Source of the DNA: Paludibacteraceae bacterium
Lineage (GTDB): Bacteria; Bacteroidota; Bacteroidia; Bacteroidales; Paludibacteraceae
DNA: 64,000 nt
NCBI GenBank assembly: GCA_024689005.1
Contig: JAILDU010000093.1
Location: 649 to 64,648 of the forward strand
Direction of reading: 5' to 3'
The translations under genes and the position numbers were made by a program. Under the pieces are notes generated by a model. The model was not told the DNA's origin and made no database searches. It saw only the letters and a list, made by a program, of their open reading frames with translations. Shown here piece after piece: positions 9,126-20,236 of the stretch; the first letter of the stretch is position 1, and each line of letters begins with the position of its first letter.

Positions 9126-10901
9126 ATGAAGAATATACGAAATTTTTGCATCATAGCCCATATTGATCACGGTAAGAGCACGCTGGCAGACCGAATGTTG
9201 GAGCTCACCCAGACGGTGGATGTGCGCCAAATGGAAAACCAAGTGCTGGATGATATGGATCTGGAGAAAGAGCGCGGTATAACGATTAAGAGTCACGCTA
9301 TACAGATGAATTACAAGGGTTATACCCTCAACCTGATAGACACTCCGGGTCACGTGGATTTCTCGTACGAGGTGAGTCGCTCTATAGCAGCCTGCGAAGG
9401 AGCAGTGTTGGTGGTGGATGCTACGCAAGGCGTTCAGGCTCAGACAATCAGTAACCTCTATATGGCTATTGAGCATGACCTGGAGATCATACCGGTACTC
9501 AACAAATGTGATATGGATCAGGCCATGCCCGAGCGTGTGGAGGATGAGATCATCGAACTGCTGGGCTGCAAGCGCGAAGAGATATTACGATGCTCCGCCA
9601 AGACCGGTGCAGGAGTGCCGGAGATATTGGACGCAATAGTGGAGCGCGTGCCTGCGCCTAAGGGCGATCCGAATGCACCGTTGCAATGTCTGGTGTTTGA
9701 CTCCGTGTTCAACTCCTTCCGTGGTATCATAGCATACTTCAAGGTAGTGAATGGAACGATGCACACCGGAGATCAAGTGCGCTTCGTCAATACAGGCAAA
9801 GAGTACGACGCTGACGAGATAGGCATATTGAAACTCGATATGAGCCCGCGTAAGGAGATAAGCGCCGGCAATGTGGGCTATATCATATCAGGTATCAAAA
9901 CCAGTACGGAGGTGAAAGTGGGCGATACGATCACGCACGTGGAGCGCCCGTGTGAGAAAGCTATCGCGGGTTTTGAAGAAGCTAAGCCGATGGTCTTTGC
10001 CGGCGTATATCCTATTGAGAGCGAAGATTATGAGGACTTGCGCGCCAGCTTGGAGAAACTGCAACTGAATGATGCCAGCCTGACCTTCCAACCGGAGAGT
10101 TCGATGGCGTTGGGCTTCGGTTTCCGCTGCGGATTCTTGGGCCTGCTGCATATGGAGATTGTGCAAGAGCGTCTGGATCGAGAGTTTGATATGGACGTGA
10201 TAACAACGGTGCCGAACGTTAGTTACAATGTCTATACCAAAGACGGCAATATGGTGGAGGTTCACAATCCTGCCGGCATGCCGGATCTAACTGAAATAGA
10301 CCGCATAGAGGAACCGTATATTCGTGCCAGTGTGATCACAACGGCTGATTATATTGGTCCGATTATGACGCTCTGTCTGAGCAAACGAGGCGAGTTGGTC
10401 AAGCAGGAATATATATCCGGTAACCGAATGGAGTTGCTGTTTGACATGCCGTTGGGCGAGATAGTGATAGACTTCTACGACAAGCTGAAGTCCATATCCA
10501 AGGGTTACGCTTCGTTCGACTGGCACATGAACGGTTTCCGTCCGTCTAATCTGGTGAAACTGGATATATTGCTGAACGGTGAGCAAGTAGATGCGTTGAG
10601 CACGTTGACACACAGAGACAATGCCGTGGATTTCGGGCGTCGTATGTGTGAGAAACTGAAGGAACTGCTGCCTCGTCAGCAATTCGATATTGCTATCCAG
10701 GCGGCAATAGGCGCTAAGATTATTGCGCGTGAGACGGTAAAACAAGTGCGCAAAGATGTGTTGGCAAAGTGCTACGGAGGTGACGTGAGCCGTAAGCGCA
10801 AACTGCTGGAGAAACAGAAACGCGGTAAGAAGCGAATGAAGCAGATAGGAAATGTCGAGGTACCGCAGAAAGCATTCTTGGCCGTGTTGAAACTTGACTA
10901 A
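9126..10901 (+). CDS. lepA: Translation elongation factor 4
   Basis: [28 protein letters not shown] and NKCD G-motifs, 591 aa, LepA-specific C-terminus. Confidence 0.97.
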   Translation: MKNIRNFCIIAHIDHGKSTLADRMLELTQTVDVRQMENQVLDDMDLEKERGITIKSHAIQMNYKGYTLNLIDTPGHVDFSYEVSRSIAACEGAVLVVDATQGVQAQTISNLYMAIEHDLEIIPVLNKCDMDQAMPERVEDEIIELLGCKREEILRCSAKTGAGVPEILDAIVERVPAPKGDPNAPLQCLVFDSVFNSFRGIIAYFKVVNGTMHTGDQVRFVNTGKEYDADEIGILKLDMSPRKEISAGNVGYIISGIKTSTEVKVGDTITHVERPCEKAIAGFEEAKPMVFAGVYPIESEDYEDLRASLEKLQLNDASLTFQPESSMALGFGFRCGFLGLLHMEIVQERLDREFDMDVITTVPNVSYNVYTKDGNMVEVHNPAGMPDLTEIDRIEEPYIRASVITTADYIGPIMTLCLSKRGELVKQEYISGNRMELLFDMPLGEIVIDFYDKLKSISKGYASFDWHMNGFRPSNLVKLDILLNGEQVDALSTLTHRDNAVDFGRRMCEKLKELLPRQQFDIAIQAAIGAKIIARETVKQVRKDVLAKCYGGDVSRKRKLLEKQKRGKKRMKQIGNVEVPQKAFLAVLKLD

Positions 10902-10921
10902 AGAACAACAACTTAACTTAA

Positions 10922-11587
10922 ATGTTATATAGCGTGAAACGAATCGGGTACATCGTAATGTTGGCTCTATGGTCTATTGCGGCCATGGCGGAGACATATG
11001 AGGAGCGTGTCCAATGGCGCAATGAGTTGCGTTTGGGCTGGGGTGATCAGTTGTTCGAGACACTGATTTGGCACCCAGCCGGTAGTGTAGTCAATACGAT
11101 GCCGACCAGTTTCTCTAAATGTTATCTGGAGGACTATCATTACGACCAACATTTGTGGGTGGAGTATCAATATCGCTTCACGCACTGGTTCTCGTTCGGC
11201 GGAATGCTGGATATGAGTGAGGTTCACTGGGATGAAGTGTGGCGCGATGGAACGGGAGCAGAGATAGACCGTGACCCCGGCCATTATTTCTGCAATGTAG
11301 TATTGATGCCAACTGTTCGTTTTACCTATTTCCACCATCCTTATGTCAATCTCTATTCCGGTCTGGGAATAGGAATGGGCATCAATGGCGGAACAGAAGA
11401 AAACTCCAAAGGTCACAAGACCGATGTCGGATTAGCGTTCAATATAACCGTAGTGGGAGTGAGTGCCAATTATAAACGCGCATTTATGGCGTTGGAGTTT
11501 GGCGGGATGAATTCGCTTAGGAATACTAATACTGTGTTTTTGCTTGGTTCGCGCCTGATTAACGTCAGTTTGGGAGCCAGGTTCTAA
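10922..11587 (+). CDS. Hypothetical secreted or outer-membrane protein
   Basis: Signal-like N-terminus (MLALWSIAAMA), an aromatic-rich alternating pattern, and a terminal ...SLGARF. Confidence 0.45.
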   Translation: MLYSVKRIGYIVMLALWSIAAMAETYEERVQWRNELRLGWGDQLFETLIWHPAGSVVNTMPTSFSKCYLEDYHYDQHLWVEYQYRFTHWFSFGGMLDMSEVHWDEVWRDGTGAEIDRDPGHYFCNVVLMPTVRFTYFHHPYVNLYSGLGIGMGINGGTEENSKGHKTDVGLAFNITVVGVSANYKRAFMALEFGGMNSLRNTNTVFLLGSRLINVSLGARF

Positions 11588-11607
11588 AAAAAGAAACGGA
11601 GGCGAGC

Positions 11608-12960
11608 ATGAAAACGATAACAAAAATAGTTTTGGCCTTAGTCGCTCTATGTGTCACTTCTTGCCGTTTCGGGCACGAAGAGTTTGTCGATTTTACGGAT
11701 ATAGAAGCGGCTAAAGGACTATCGTTCAAAGTGATAGGACAGAGTGAGACAGACCTGACCAACGGCCTGCCTGTCAACTGCTATCTGCCGGACGGCATAA
11801 TGGCGTCAGAGATTTCCATGCACCCGGAGTTGTCCGGTAGTTTGGATGTATCTGAAGGAAACAATGATGGGCCTCATCGTGTAAACAGTACGACAGGAAC
11901 GAATATCGTGCAACAACTGATGCGGTATGGCAACAAATACAAAGTGACCGAGATAGTTGGTACATATCCCAGTCGGGATGTCAATTATCATCCTATCCGC
12001 CTCTCGGGCAAAGTGATGCTGCCGAAGGGCCATAAACCCAAACGAATGATACTTGTCAGTCACTATACAGTCGGCAGTAACGCTGAGGCTCCGAGTAACT
12101 GCTTCTCGTTGGAGGGCGTCTTGGTGAAGATGGGTTACGGATTGATTATACCGGATTATTTGGGTTATGGAATGACATCAGACAGGGTGCATCCCTATTT
12201 GGTGATGGACTTGACAGCCCGTAATGTGCTGGATATGTATCTGGCCGTTCGTCCGTGGTTGGAGGCAGTGGGTAAGTCACCGGAAAAGGAGGATATCTAT
12301 TTGATGGGGTATAGTCAGGGAGGAGCTACAACGATGGCCGTTGAGCATTTGATAGAGGCCGAATACAGCGCAGAAAATGATCCTGAACGTGTATTGGTTC
12401 ACCGCGTCTTTGCAGGTGGCGGACCATATGACGTCAAGGCTACGTACGAGCGCTTTGTCAATACTGATACAGCCGGCTATCCGGTTGCAGTCCCGTTGGT
12501 GTTGCAAGGAATGATCAAAGGTAATAATCTGAAAATAGATACGCGTGATTTGATGCAAGAATGGCTTTATGATAAGATGAACGATTGGGTGAACAGTAAG
12601 CACTATACTACTGCGCAAGTGAACAAACTAATCGGTACTACGGTGACTCATGATTTGCTAACCCAGGAAGCCATGACGCAGACTTCGGACAATGTGGCAG
12701 AACTATACAAAGCGATGACAGTCAATTCGATTATCAGTTACAACTGGCAGCCGCAAGCGAGTGTGTATATCATGCATTCGATGGATGACGAGACTGTGCC
12801 ATATACCAACGCGACAAACGCCAAATCCAAATGGCACAATGCAAATATAACGTATAATTTCGGTCACTATGGCAGTCACGTGATGACTTGTTTGCGATTC
12901 ATCTATTCCGTACAATCGTTGATCAAACAAGAAGAAGAGGAGGAGAGTATATATGAGTAG
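11608..12960 (+). CDS. Alpha/beta-hydrolase (lipase/esterase-like) lipoprotein
   Basis: Lipoprotein signal (LCVTSC) and the nucleophile elbow GYSQGG. Confidence 0.65.
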   Translation: MKTITKIVLALVALCVTSCRFGHEEFVDFTDIEAAKGLSFKVIGQSETDLTNGLPVNCYLPDGIMASEISMHPELSGSLDVSEGNNDGPHRVNSTTGTNIVQQLMRYGNKYKVTEIVGTYPSRDVNYHPIRLSGKVMLPKGHKPKRMILVSHYTVGSNAEAPSNCFSLEGVLVKMGYGLIIPDYLGYGMTSDRVHPYLVMDLTARNVLDMYLAVRPWLEAVGKSPEKEDIYLMGYSQGGATTMAVEHLIEAEYSAENDPERVLVHRVFAGGGPYDVKATYERFVNTDTAGYPVAVPLVLQGMIKGNNLKIDTRDLMQEWLYDKMNDWVNSKHYTTAQVNKLIGTTVTHDLLTQEAMTQTSDNVAELYKAMTVNSIISYNWQPQASVYIMHSMDDETVPYTNATNAKSKWHNANITYNFGHYGSHVMTCLRFIYSVQSLIKQEEEEESIYE

Positions 12961-13846
12961 CAAATATATCATAGGGCTGCTGTTGCTCGGTATAATCGGC
13001 ATGTGTGCATGCAATCCGGAGGCCAAATGGAAGACGGATGATGTACAGATATACATGACGCTTGAGACCGTGTCCGCAGGTTTCATAGAGTGCACATTCT
13101 CGACTAACAAGGAAGCCTATTACCTTATTGCTGTAGAAGAGGCCAAAGAGGACTATAATCCTCTGGAACATCAGAAGCAATTTATGATGCTTGCGCTTGA
13201 CTCGGCCAACAAGGAGTATATCAACTGGCGAAATTCGTTGCTAAAAAAGAGTGAGTTCAACATCGCCCCGTTTGCCAGCCACGCCCTGCAATATGGATTC
13301 ACAGACAAGTTCTTTACCGGCTTGTATCCTGATACCGAATATTGGGTATATGCATTTGTCGTTAATCCTAATACGCTGACACCTTCCGGCAGACTCTATA
13401 TGATGAATGTGAAAACGACGCGTGAGAGTGTGGTGGATGTTCATTTTGCATATCGCGTCAAAGGCAACTGGGATTATATATACCCGATGGATAGTACCGG
13501 AAATATCTATAGTCAATTTCCTTATATAGCCACGACACGTGATAGTTTGGAATTGGTGGCAGAAGGAGCCGTCGATCCGCAATTCTATTTCATGACATGG
13601 ATGTTCGGGCTGTTCCTTTATCCGGAAAATGCAAGTGTGTACTATGGTGTGAAGGCCATGAATAACGATGGCATAGATTCGCACTTGTCTTTTCAGAACG
13701 GACATACATATTACACAGGGATAGGCGGCTTTGATGGTAGTTTCAAGCAGACTACTATATACAAGTTTAAATGGCATGGCGAAGATACGGAGTATTACTT
13801 TGTGGATACCGACAAGGCCAATATAGCTCAAGATACTATTTGGTAA
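12953..13846 (+). CDS. Hypothetical lipoprotein
   Basis: Lipoprotein signal (IIGMCAC). It overlaps the upstream hydrolase gene by 8 nt. No recognisable family. Confidence 0.5.
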   Translation: MSSKYIIGLLLLGIIGMCACNPEAKWKTDDVQIYMTLETVSAGFIECTFSTNKEAYYLIAVEEAKEDYNPLEHQKQFMMLALDSANKEYINWRNSLLKKSEFNIAPFASHALQYGFTDKFFTGLYPDTEYWVYAFVVNPNTLTPSGRLYMMNVKTTRESVVDVHFAYRVKGNWDYIYPMDSTGNIYSQFPYIATTRDSLELVAEGAVDPQFYFMTWMFGLFLYPENASVYYGVKAMNNDGIDSHLSFQNGHTYYTGIGGFDGSFKQTTIYKFKWHGEDTEYYFVDTDKANIAQDTIW

Positions 13847-13849
13847 GCG

Positions 13850-14320
13850 ATGAAGATAACACTTTTGGTCGTCGGACGAACGACAGATAGCCATTTAAGT
13901 GCAATGATAGACGATTATTGTCAACGCTTGCGACACTATGTGCCGTTCGAGTTGGTAGTCGTACCGGATATCAAGAATGCCAAGTCGTTGAGTGAAGAGC
14001 AACTCAAGAGTGCAGAGGGAGAACAGATTCTTGCGCGTCTCACACCGGTTGCAGACGTTGTCCTATTGGATGAACACGGTAGTGAGTTTCGTTCGGTTGA
14101 ATATGCGCAATGGATACAAAAGAAGATGACTTCAGGCCGTGATTTGATGCTCGTTATAGGCGGTGCCTATGGTTTTAGCGAAGCTGTTTATCAGCGCGCT
14201 AACGGCAAGTTGTCGCTCAGTAAGATGACTTTCTCTCACCAGATGATTCGTCTGCTGGCAGTAGAGCAACTCTACCGCGCCCTGACCATCCTCCGCGGTG
14301 AACCCTATCACCATGAGTAG
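13850..14320 (+). CDS. rlmH: 23S rRNA (pseudouridine1915-N3)-methyltransferase
   Basis: 156 aa SPOUT protein with VIGGAYGFS...LSLSKMTFSHQMIRLLAVEQLYRA. Confidence 0.92.
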   Translation: MKITLLVVGRTTDSHLSAMIDDYCQRLRHYVPFELVVVPDIKNAKSLSEEQLKSAEGEQILARLTPVADVVLLDEHGSEFRSVEYAQWIQKKMTSGRDLMLVIGGAYGFSEAVYQRANGKLSLSKMTFSHQMIRLLAVEQLYRALTILRGEPYHHE

Positions 14321-15089
14321 AAAAAACTATATGATACCTAAAATCATTCATTATATATGGTTCGGAGGTAATCCTTTGACTCCACTTGCAGAGGATTGTC
14401 TTAAGTCTTGGAAACAGCATATGCCTGAATGGGAATATATGCGTTGGGATGAAAGTAATTTTGATATTTCGGAAGCGCCGAAGTATGTACGACAAGCATA
14501 TGAAACGCGCAAATATGCGTTTGTGTCGGACTATGTGAGGCTTTGGGCATTGGAGCAATATGGTGGAATATATCTTGATACGGACGTCAAGGTGTTAAAA
14601 AGTTACGAACCATTACTTGATGATATTGCATTTATTGGAGTGGAAGAGTCAAAAGCACATCTGCCAGGAACTTGTGTTATAGGTTGTGAACCTCATTGTA
14701 TCTGGGTGAAAGATATGTTATCACTATACGAGAATGCAGAGTTCGTTAAGCCGGATGGGAAGTTAGATCTTACTACGAATGTAGAGCGAATGGGTATGAG
14801 CATGATTACAGCCGGTCTTAATCAACCTAATGAAGATACAAATAAGCCATGGAAGTTTATCCAATATATACCGAAATGGGGACTTCGTGTTTATCCACAT
14901 GATTATTTTTCTCCCATTACATCTACCCGTGTAATGCGTAAAACTAAGAATACATATTCAATTCATTACTTCGCCGAGAGTTGGCGAGATACGAAAAAGA
15001 GATCAACTTGGCGTACGTGGGTTGTAACTCGTGAGATAGTCAATGCATTAGTACAACTTAAACGTATTTTAGTGGAACACAAATTTTAA
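14298..15089 (+). CDS. Glycosyltransferase with a DXD sugar-binding region (GT32 / Gly_transf_sug-like)
   Basis: IPKIIHYIWFGG...SDYVRLWALEQYGGIYLDTDV. The start is uncertain; alternative ATGs at 14313 and 14331 would reduce the overlap with rlmH. Confidence 0.72.
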   Translation: MNPITMSRKNYMIPKIIHYIWFGGNPLTPLAEDCLKSWKQHMPEWEYMRWDESNFDISEAPKYVRQAYETRKYAFVSDYVRLWALEQYGGIYLDTDVKVLKSYEPLLDDIAFIGVEESKAHLPGTCVIGCEPHCIWVKDMLSLYENAEFVKPDGKLDLTTNVERMGMSMITAGLNQPNEDTNKPWKFIQYIPKWGLRVYPHDYFSPITSTRVMRKTKNTYSIHYFAESWRDTKKRSTWRTWVVTREIVNALVQLKRILVEHKF

Positions 15090-15117
15090 ATCGGTATTTG
15101 ATACTATAAATTCTGCA

Positions 15118-16059
15118 ATGAACAAAACATTAAGAAATATTAAAAGAGCGATAAAATATCTTTTGACCCCCAAGAGGTATTATAAAGGGATTGTGGTAAC
15201 GGGAAAAGGATGTGATTTTCTAGCTCAGTTTATTACAGATAGAATGCAACTTAATGTCAAAAGAGGTGACGTAACTGTATTTTCTGCATATAGTATTCTC
15301 TATGGTCTGTATTGGAATAGGGCCAAGTATAAGTTTTTCTTCACAGCAGAGAATACTCATGCCCCAACATCTCATTGGCTTCAGTTCGAAAATATTCATC
15401 TTCGCATACCATCTCTAACTCTTAGTCTTGGGTTTGACTATTGTGACCATCCTCGTTATATGAGATTTCCGTATTGGTTAGAGCGCCCATTCGGGCCATT
15501 CTCGACGTTAGAAAGTGTGTCTGAATTTGTCCACCAACATAATTATGCTGATATTGCCAGTCGTACAAAGCAATGTGCCTTTATATGCAGAAAGGATTAT
15601 TATGATGATCGTGCATTGTTCGCTGACATGGTTGAGCAGATTATGCCTATATCATATCCATCAGATTTTCGACATAACGATGATGATATGCGAGGAAAAT
15701 ATAATGATGACAAGATAGCCTATCTTCGTCAATTCCGTTTTAATTTATGTCCTGAGAATACCAATAGTCGAGGTTATGTTACGGAGAAAATATTCGAAGC
15801 TATAGCCGCAGGCTGTGTACCTATATATTGGGGAAATGAGGGCTACCCGGAACCGGATATTTTAAATCCTAAGGCAATAGTCTATTTGGACAAAGATAAT
15901 CCCACTGAAGGGCTTGAACTCCTTCGTAAGTTAAAAGAAGATCCGGAGGCTTATGCTGAGTTTGCATCTCAGCCACGTTTCTTGCCAAATGCGGAAAAAA
16001 CGATATACGCATACTACGAACGTTTGGAAAAGAAAATGAAAGATATATTTAAAAATTAG
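15118..16059 (+). CDS. GT10-family (alpha-1,3/4-fucosyltransferase-like) glycosyltransferase
   Basis: Hallmark C-terminal motif FRFNLCPENTNSRGYVTEKIFEAIAAGCVPIYWGN. The gene is very AT-rich. Confidence 0.72.
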   Translation: MNKTLRNIKRAIKYLLTPKRYYKGIVVTGKGCDFLAQFITDRMQLNVKRGDVTVFSAYSILYGLYWNRAKYKFFFTAENTHAPTSHWLQFENIHLRIPSLTLSLGFDYCDHPRYMRFPYWLERPFGPFSTLESVSEFVHQHNYADIASRTKQCAFICRKDYYDDRALFADMVEQIMPISYPSDFRHNDDDMRGKYNDDKIAYLRQFRFNLCPENTNSRGYVTEKIFEAIAAGCVPIYWGNEGYPEPDILNPKAIVYLDKDNPTEGLELLRKLKEDPEAYAEFASQPRFLPNAEKTIYAYYERLEKKMKDIFKN

Positions 16060-16066
16060 TATAACC

Positions 16067-16657
16067 ATGAAAAATGAAATAGAAACGATTAAGCAGGCAG
16101 AACGATTGTTTAGAGACGGAATAGAGCTGCGAGAACGCTTTATCAACGATCGACAAAATCTAGAGCAACTATGTCTAATAGCTGATAGAATTTATATGGC
16201 GCTCAAAAACGGGAATAAGATTTTGCTATGTGGTAATGGCGGTTCTGCCGCAGATGCTCAGCATATAGCAGCAGAACTAGTGGGACGGTTTGAAATCGCA
16301 GATAGAAAAGGACTTCCCGCCATAGCGTTAACAACCGATACGTCAATATTAACTGCGGTGGGAAACGATTATGGATATGATTATGTTTTCCAGCGTCAAG
16401 TAGAAGCATTAGGATTACCCGGTGACGTTTTAATTGCGCTGTCTACAAGTGGAAAATCGCTCAATATCGCCCGCGCATTAGATGCTGCGAACAAGCAAGG
16501 GTTAGTATCTGTAGCTTTATTAGGTGGAACGGGAGGTATATGTAAAGATAAATCTTCAATAAGCATTGTCGTGCCATCAATATCTTCCGCACGAATTCAG
16601 GAAATGCATATTACAATAGGCCATATACTATGTGCTATTGTGGAGCAAAACTTTTAG
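16067..16657 (+). CDS. gmhA: D-sedoheptulose-7-phosphate isomerase
   Basis: SIS domain with LLCGNGGSAADAQHIAAELVGRF, 196 aa. Confidence 0.9.
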   Translation: MKNEIETIKQAERLFRDGIELRERFINDRQNLEQLCLIADRIYMALKNGNKILLCGNGGSAADAQHIAAELVGRFEIADRKGLPAIALTTDTSILTAVGNDYGYDYVFQRQVEALGLPGDVLIALSTSGKSLNIARALDAANKQGLVSVALLGGTGGICKDKSSISIVVPSISSARIQEMHITIGHILCAIVEQNF

Positions 16658-16661
16658 TGTT

Positions 16662-17150
16662 ATGAACAAAGCAATATTTTTGGACCGAGATGGTACAATC
16701 ATAGAAGATAAATCGTATATGTACCATGTGGAAGACCTTATTCTGCTAGACAATGTAGTCGAGGCTCTTCGAAAATTCAAAGATATGGGATATTTGCTGA
16801 TAGTAATCACAAATCAATCGGGGATAGGGCGTGGCTATTTTACTATGCAGCAAGCAGAATCATTTCACAAGGCGTTTGTTGAATTGTTAAAAGAAAAAGG
16901 CTGCACTATTGATGCCACCTATACTTGTCCACATGCTCCTGAAGAAGGTTGCGCATGTAGAAAGCCGTCTCCATTATTAGTTCAAAGAGCAATTCAAGAT
17001 TGGCAGATTAATCCGAATGAATCATATATGTTCGGTGATAAAGAAACAGACGTATTATGTGGCTCCAATGCCGGAGTTAAGTCATACAAAGTATCCGCGC
17101 AAAATAATCTATTATATTGGGCAAACAAAATTGAAAGACATGAAATTTGA
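16662..17150 (+). CDS. gmhB: D-glycero-D-manno-heptose 1,7-bisphosphate phosphatase (HAD-IIIA)
   Basis: MNKAIFLDRDGTII, ITNQSGIGRGYF, CPH...CACRKP. The ATG at 16662 is preferred to the ORF-track start at 16632 because it lies 4 nt after the gmhA stop. Confidence 0.85.
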   Translation: MNKAIFLDRDGTIIEDKSYMYHVEDLILLDNVVEALRKFKDMGYLLIVITNQSGIGRGYFTMQQAESFHKAFVELLKEKGCTIDATYTCPHAPEEGCACRKPSPLLVQRAIQDWQINPNESYMFGDKETDVLCGSNAGVKSYKVSAQNNLLYWANKIERHEI

Positions 17151-18564
17151 TTCAAATCAATTTAAAAATAAGCGTATATTGCTAGTTGGAGATATAATGT
17201 TAGATGTCTATACCATCGGGTCCATAGAACGTATCTCTCCCGAAGCTCCAATACCTATAGTACGCGTAACTAAAACCTATGATTCATTAGGAGGCTGTGC
17301 TAATGTGGCAAATAATATTGCATCATTAGGCGCTGTCCCATATATTATCGGAATGATCGGTAATGATGCATCCGGAGAACGAGTAAAAGTGCTGCTGGAA
17401 GAAAAAGGAATCCCTAACACTTTGTTCGTTTCAGATAATCCCACAGTAACTAAGAATAGGATAGTCGGAAACAATCAACAGGTAGTGCGAGTGGATTATG
17501 AATCTGCTGTGATGAGTATAGAAGATGAAACAACTGAGGAAATCAAGAAATGTGTGGCGGAAATTCTTCTCCAAACAGATGTGGTGGTGCTTTCTGATTA
17601 TGCAAAAGGATTTTGTACAAAAGAGATATGTCAGTACATTATTCAGCAAGCCAGAAGAAAAGGTGTTCCCGTAGTAGTGGATCCCAAAGGGGCAGACTGG
17701 AAAAAATATCATGGCGCAACTACGATAACGCCAAATCTTAAAGAACTCTCAGAAAAAGCTCATTGTTCGTTGCCCAATAGTGAACCCGAAATCTCAAACG
17801 TGGCACGTACGATAGTAAAAGAGTGCGGGTTGGATTTTATTTTGGTAACCCGTTCGGACAAAGGAATGTCTTATGTGGATACAACGTCGTATTGTGAATT
17901 CCAAACAGAAGCGCGTGAAGTAGCGGATGTATCCGGTGCCGGTGATACAGTGGTGGCGGTATTGGCTACTTGTTTGGCTGCGCAATATGAAGTGAAAGAT
18001 GCGATACGAATTGCTAATTCTGCAGCAGGAATTGTTGTGGGGAAGATGGGAACAAAGCCAATTTTCAGTTCGGAACTTGAATCTTACTATAACTCAAATA
18101 CCGAGAGCAAGATAATTAGTAAAAATGCTCTTTCACAGGTAATGCAGTTGTTGAGAGAGAAACAGAAGAGAATTGTATTTACGAATGGTTGCTTCGATAT
18201 ATTGCATTGTGGACATGTGACGTATCTACAGCAAGCAAAACAACTCGGTGATATACTGATCGTCGGAGTTAATTCCGATGCATCAGTCAAGCGACTGAAG
18301 GGAGATGCCAGACCTATAAACAATATCGAAGCTCGTACTACAGTACTACAAGGATTAAGTAGCGTTGATTACATAGTTGTATTTGACGAAGATACTCCGT
18401 ATGAAATACTTTCTGTAATCCGTCCGGATGTATTAGTGAAAGGTGGAGACTATAAAGTAGAAGACATAGTCGGAAGAGAATTCGCCGGTGTAGTAAAAGT
18501 ACTTCCATTTGTAGATGGGTACTCAACCACCGGAATTGTAGAATCCATTCGGTTACAACAATGA
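17140..18564 (+). CDS. hldE: Bifunctional D-beta-D-heptose-7-phosphate kinase / heptose-1-phosphate adenylyltransferase
   Basis: N-terminal kinase (ILLVGDIMLDVY...RISPEAPIPIV) and C-terminal cytidylyltransferase (FTNGCFDILHCGHVTYL). The ATG at 17140 gives 474 aa and is preferred to 17017, which would overlap gmhB by 134 nt. Confidence 0.9.
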   Translation: MKFDSNQFKNKRILLVGDIMLDVYTIGSIERISPEAPIPIVRVTKTYDSLGGCANVANNIASLGAVPYIIGMIGNDASGERVKVLLEEKGIPNTLFVSDNPTVTKNRIVGNNQQVVRVDYESAVMSIEDETTEEIKKCVAEILLQTDVVVLSDYAKGFCTKEICQYIIQQARRKGVPVVVDPKGADWKKYHGATTITPNLKELSEKAHCSLPNSEPEISNVARTIVKECGLDFILVTRSDKGMSYVDTTSYCEFQTEAREVADVSGAGDTVVAVLATCLAAQYEVKDAIRIANSAAGIVVGKMGTKPIFSSELESYYNSNTESKIISKNALSQVMQLLREKQKRIVFTNGCFDILHCGHVTYLQQAKQLGDILIVGVNSDASVKRLKGDARPINNIEARTTVLQGLSSVDYIVVFDEDTPYEILSVIRPDVLVKGGDYKVEDIVGREFAGVVKVLPFVDGYSTTGIVESIRLQQ

Positions 18565-19517
18565 ATGCACCGCGCTTAAAATATTTAGTATCTGCTATTC
18601 GTAAGGTACGCGAGATAAATCAACTCTCGCGCAGTAACCACGGATGTGTGTCCGTAGTAGTTTTGGATCGAGGATTGGGTGATGCTGTAGTATGTGAACC
18701 CATATTTCGCTATTTGGCAGAAGAAAAGAATCATAAAACGGTTTGTCTGGTTCGCAAAGCAAATGCCCCCGTATGTACGTTATTTCCCAGTGTTAGTATG
18801 GTAATACCTTTTGCTTGCGAATGGGAGTTTCTCTTTATGACAGCGTTGTCAGATACTCGAAATTGGTATTTCCCTGATTTCCGTTGTAGGAAATGGGGGA
18901 AGTGGGGATATAAGAAGTTATTTTTACCAAAAAGTTTTACCAAAGAGACCCCCTATAACTACGGCAATTTTCAAGATAAAGGAACATTATTAGAGGTGTA
19001 TTCTGAAATGGGAGGATTCCCACGATTGAACACGCGACCGATATTAGACATAAGCAAAGGCTCATTTTCTAAAATAGCGCTTCCTCAGCGTCCATATATC
19101 GCAATACAAACAGCTGCAGCCAATCCTCTAAGATCTTGGGATTCCGATAAATGGGAACGATTAATACAGCAGTTTCCCTCCGTTACTTTTGTGGAAATAG
19201 GAACAAAACCACTTATAAAGAACGCTATTAACTGCGATTCTAATTTATGTGGGAAACTATCTGTTGCAGATATAGCATATGTAGTTAATAATAGTATAGG
19301 ATTTATCGGAACAGATAGTTCTTGTGCGCATTATGCCAGTGCTCTGTGTAAACGTTCCCTCATAATCATGTCTAAGTATTATGATTGGAAACAATACAAT
19401 CCTTTCTCCGGAATAGAAGATGATTCGTCTTTTCGCTTGGCATATTTCCCATGCGAGATGAAAGACGTTCCAGTTGAAAAGGTTGTGGAATATGTTAAGC
19501 AGCATTTTAATTTCTAA
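18561..19517 (+). CDS. GT9-family glycosyltransferase (heptosyltransferase-like)
   Basis: ATGA overlap with hldE. GT9-like features are LDRGLGDAVVCEPIFRYL and GTDSSCAHYASAL. Confidence 0.68.
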   Translation: MNAPRLKYLVSAIRKVREINQLSRSNHGCVSVVVLDRGLGDAVVCEPIFRYLAEEKNHKTVCLVRKANAPVCTLFPSVSMVIPFACEWEFLFMTALSDTRNWYFPDFRCRKWGKWGYKKLFLPKSFTKETPYNYGNFQDKGTLLEVYSEMGGFPRLNTRPILDISKGSFSKIALPQRPYIAIQTAAANPLRSWDSDKWERLIQQFPSVTFVEIGTKPLIKNAINCDSNLCGKLSVADIAYVVNNSIGFIGTDSSCAHYASALCKRSLIIMSKYYDWKQYNPFSGIEDDSSFRLAYFPCEMKDVPVEKVVEYVKQHFNF

Positions 19518-19546
19518 GTTTCACACAAAACACATAATATTTTTGT

Positions 19547-20218
19547 ATGACAATGAGATTATTGATGCAGGCTATGGGGAAGTACACGGCGGGAATAGTG
19601 ATTGTAGGCGGACTGCTGTTTGGAACAGCAGGCACGTTTGATTATTGGCAAGCATGGTTGTTCATGGGCTTGCTGTTTGTTCCCATGTTCGTTGCGGGCT
19701 GTGTGCTGATGGTTCGTCAACCGGAGTTTCTTCGTCATCGGTTGGATGCCAAAGAAGGACAAAAAGAACAAAAATGGGTGGTTGCGTTGAGCGGATTACT
19801 CTTTGTGAGCATGTTTGTGGTAGCAGGTTTGAATAATCGCTTCGGGTGGTACATATTACCAGATTGGGCGGTATATACGGCCGGGGGCGTATTTTTGGCT
19901 GCCTATGCGTTATATGCAGAAGTAATGCGCGAGAATGTGTGGCTGTCGCGGACAATCGAAGTGCAGGAAGATCAACAGGTGGTGGATAGCGGTTTGTACG
20001 GCATAGTTCGCCACCCGATGTATGGCGCGACCTTGATTCTTTTTCTGGCAATGCCTCTTGTGCTGGCTTCTGTTTGGTCGTTTATTATCATGTTACTGTA
20101 TATACCTGTAATCGCTTTGCGTATTTGTAACGAAGAGGAAATGTTGGAACGCGAATTGAAAGGTTATAAGGAATACAAACAACGCGTTAAATACAAAGTG
20201 ATTCCATTCGTGTGGTAA
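19547..20218 (+). CDS. Isoprenylcysteine carboxyl / phospholipid methyltransferase-family membrane protein
   Basis: Multi-TM protein with DSGLYGIVRHPMYGATLILFLAMPL. Confidence 0.72.
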   Translation: MTMRLLMQAMGKYTAGIVIVGGLLFGTAGTFDYWQAWLFMGLLFVPMFVAGCVLMVRQPEFLRHRLDAKEGQKEQKWVVALSGLLFVSMFVVAGLNNRFGWYILPDWAVYTAGGVFLAAYALYAEVMRENVWLSRTIEVQEDQQVVDSGLYGIVRHPMYGATLILFLAMPLVLASVWSFIIMLLYIPVIALRICNEEEMLERELKGYKEYKQRVKYKVIPFVW

Positions 20219-20236
20219 AAGAAAACGGGCAAGTCT

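Noticed and set aside
16632-17139. Longer ORF-track starts for gmhB (16632) and hldE (17017).
   Set aside because: The extensions have no homology-like sequence and would overlap the upstream genes by 26 and 134 nt. Internal ATGs at 16662 (MNKAIFLDRDGT) and 17140 (MKFDSNQFKNKRILLVGD) give canonical N-termini.
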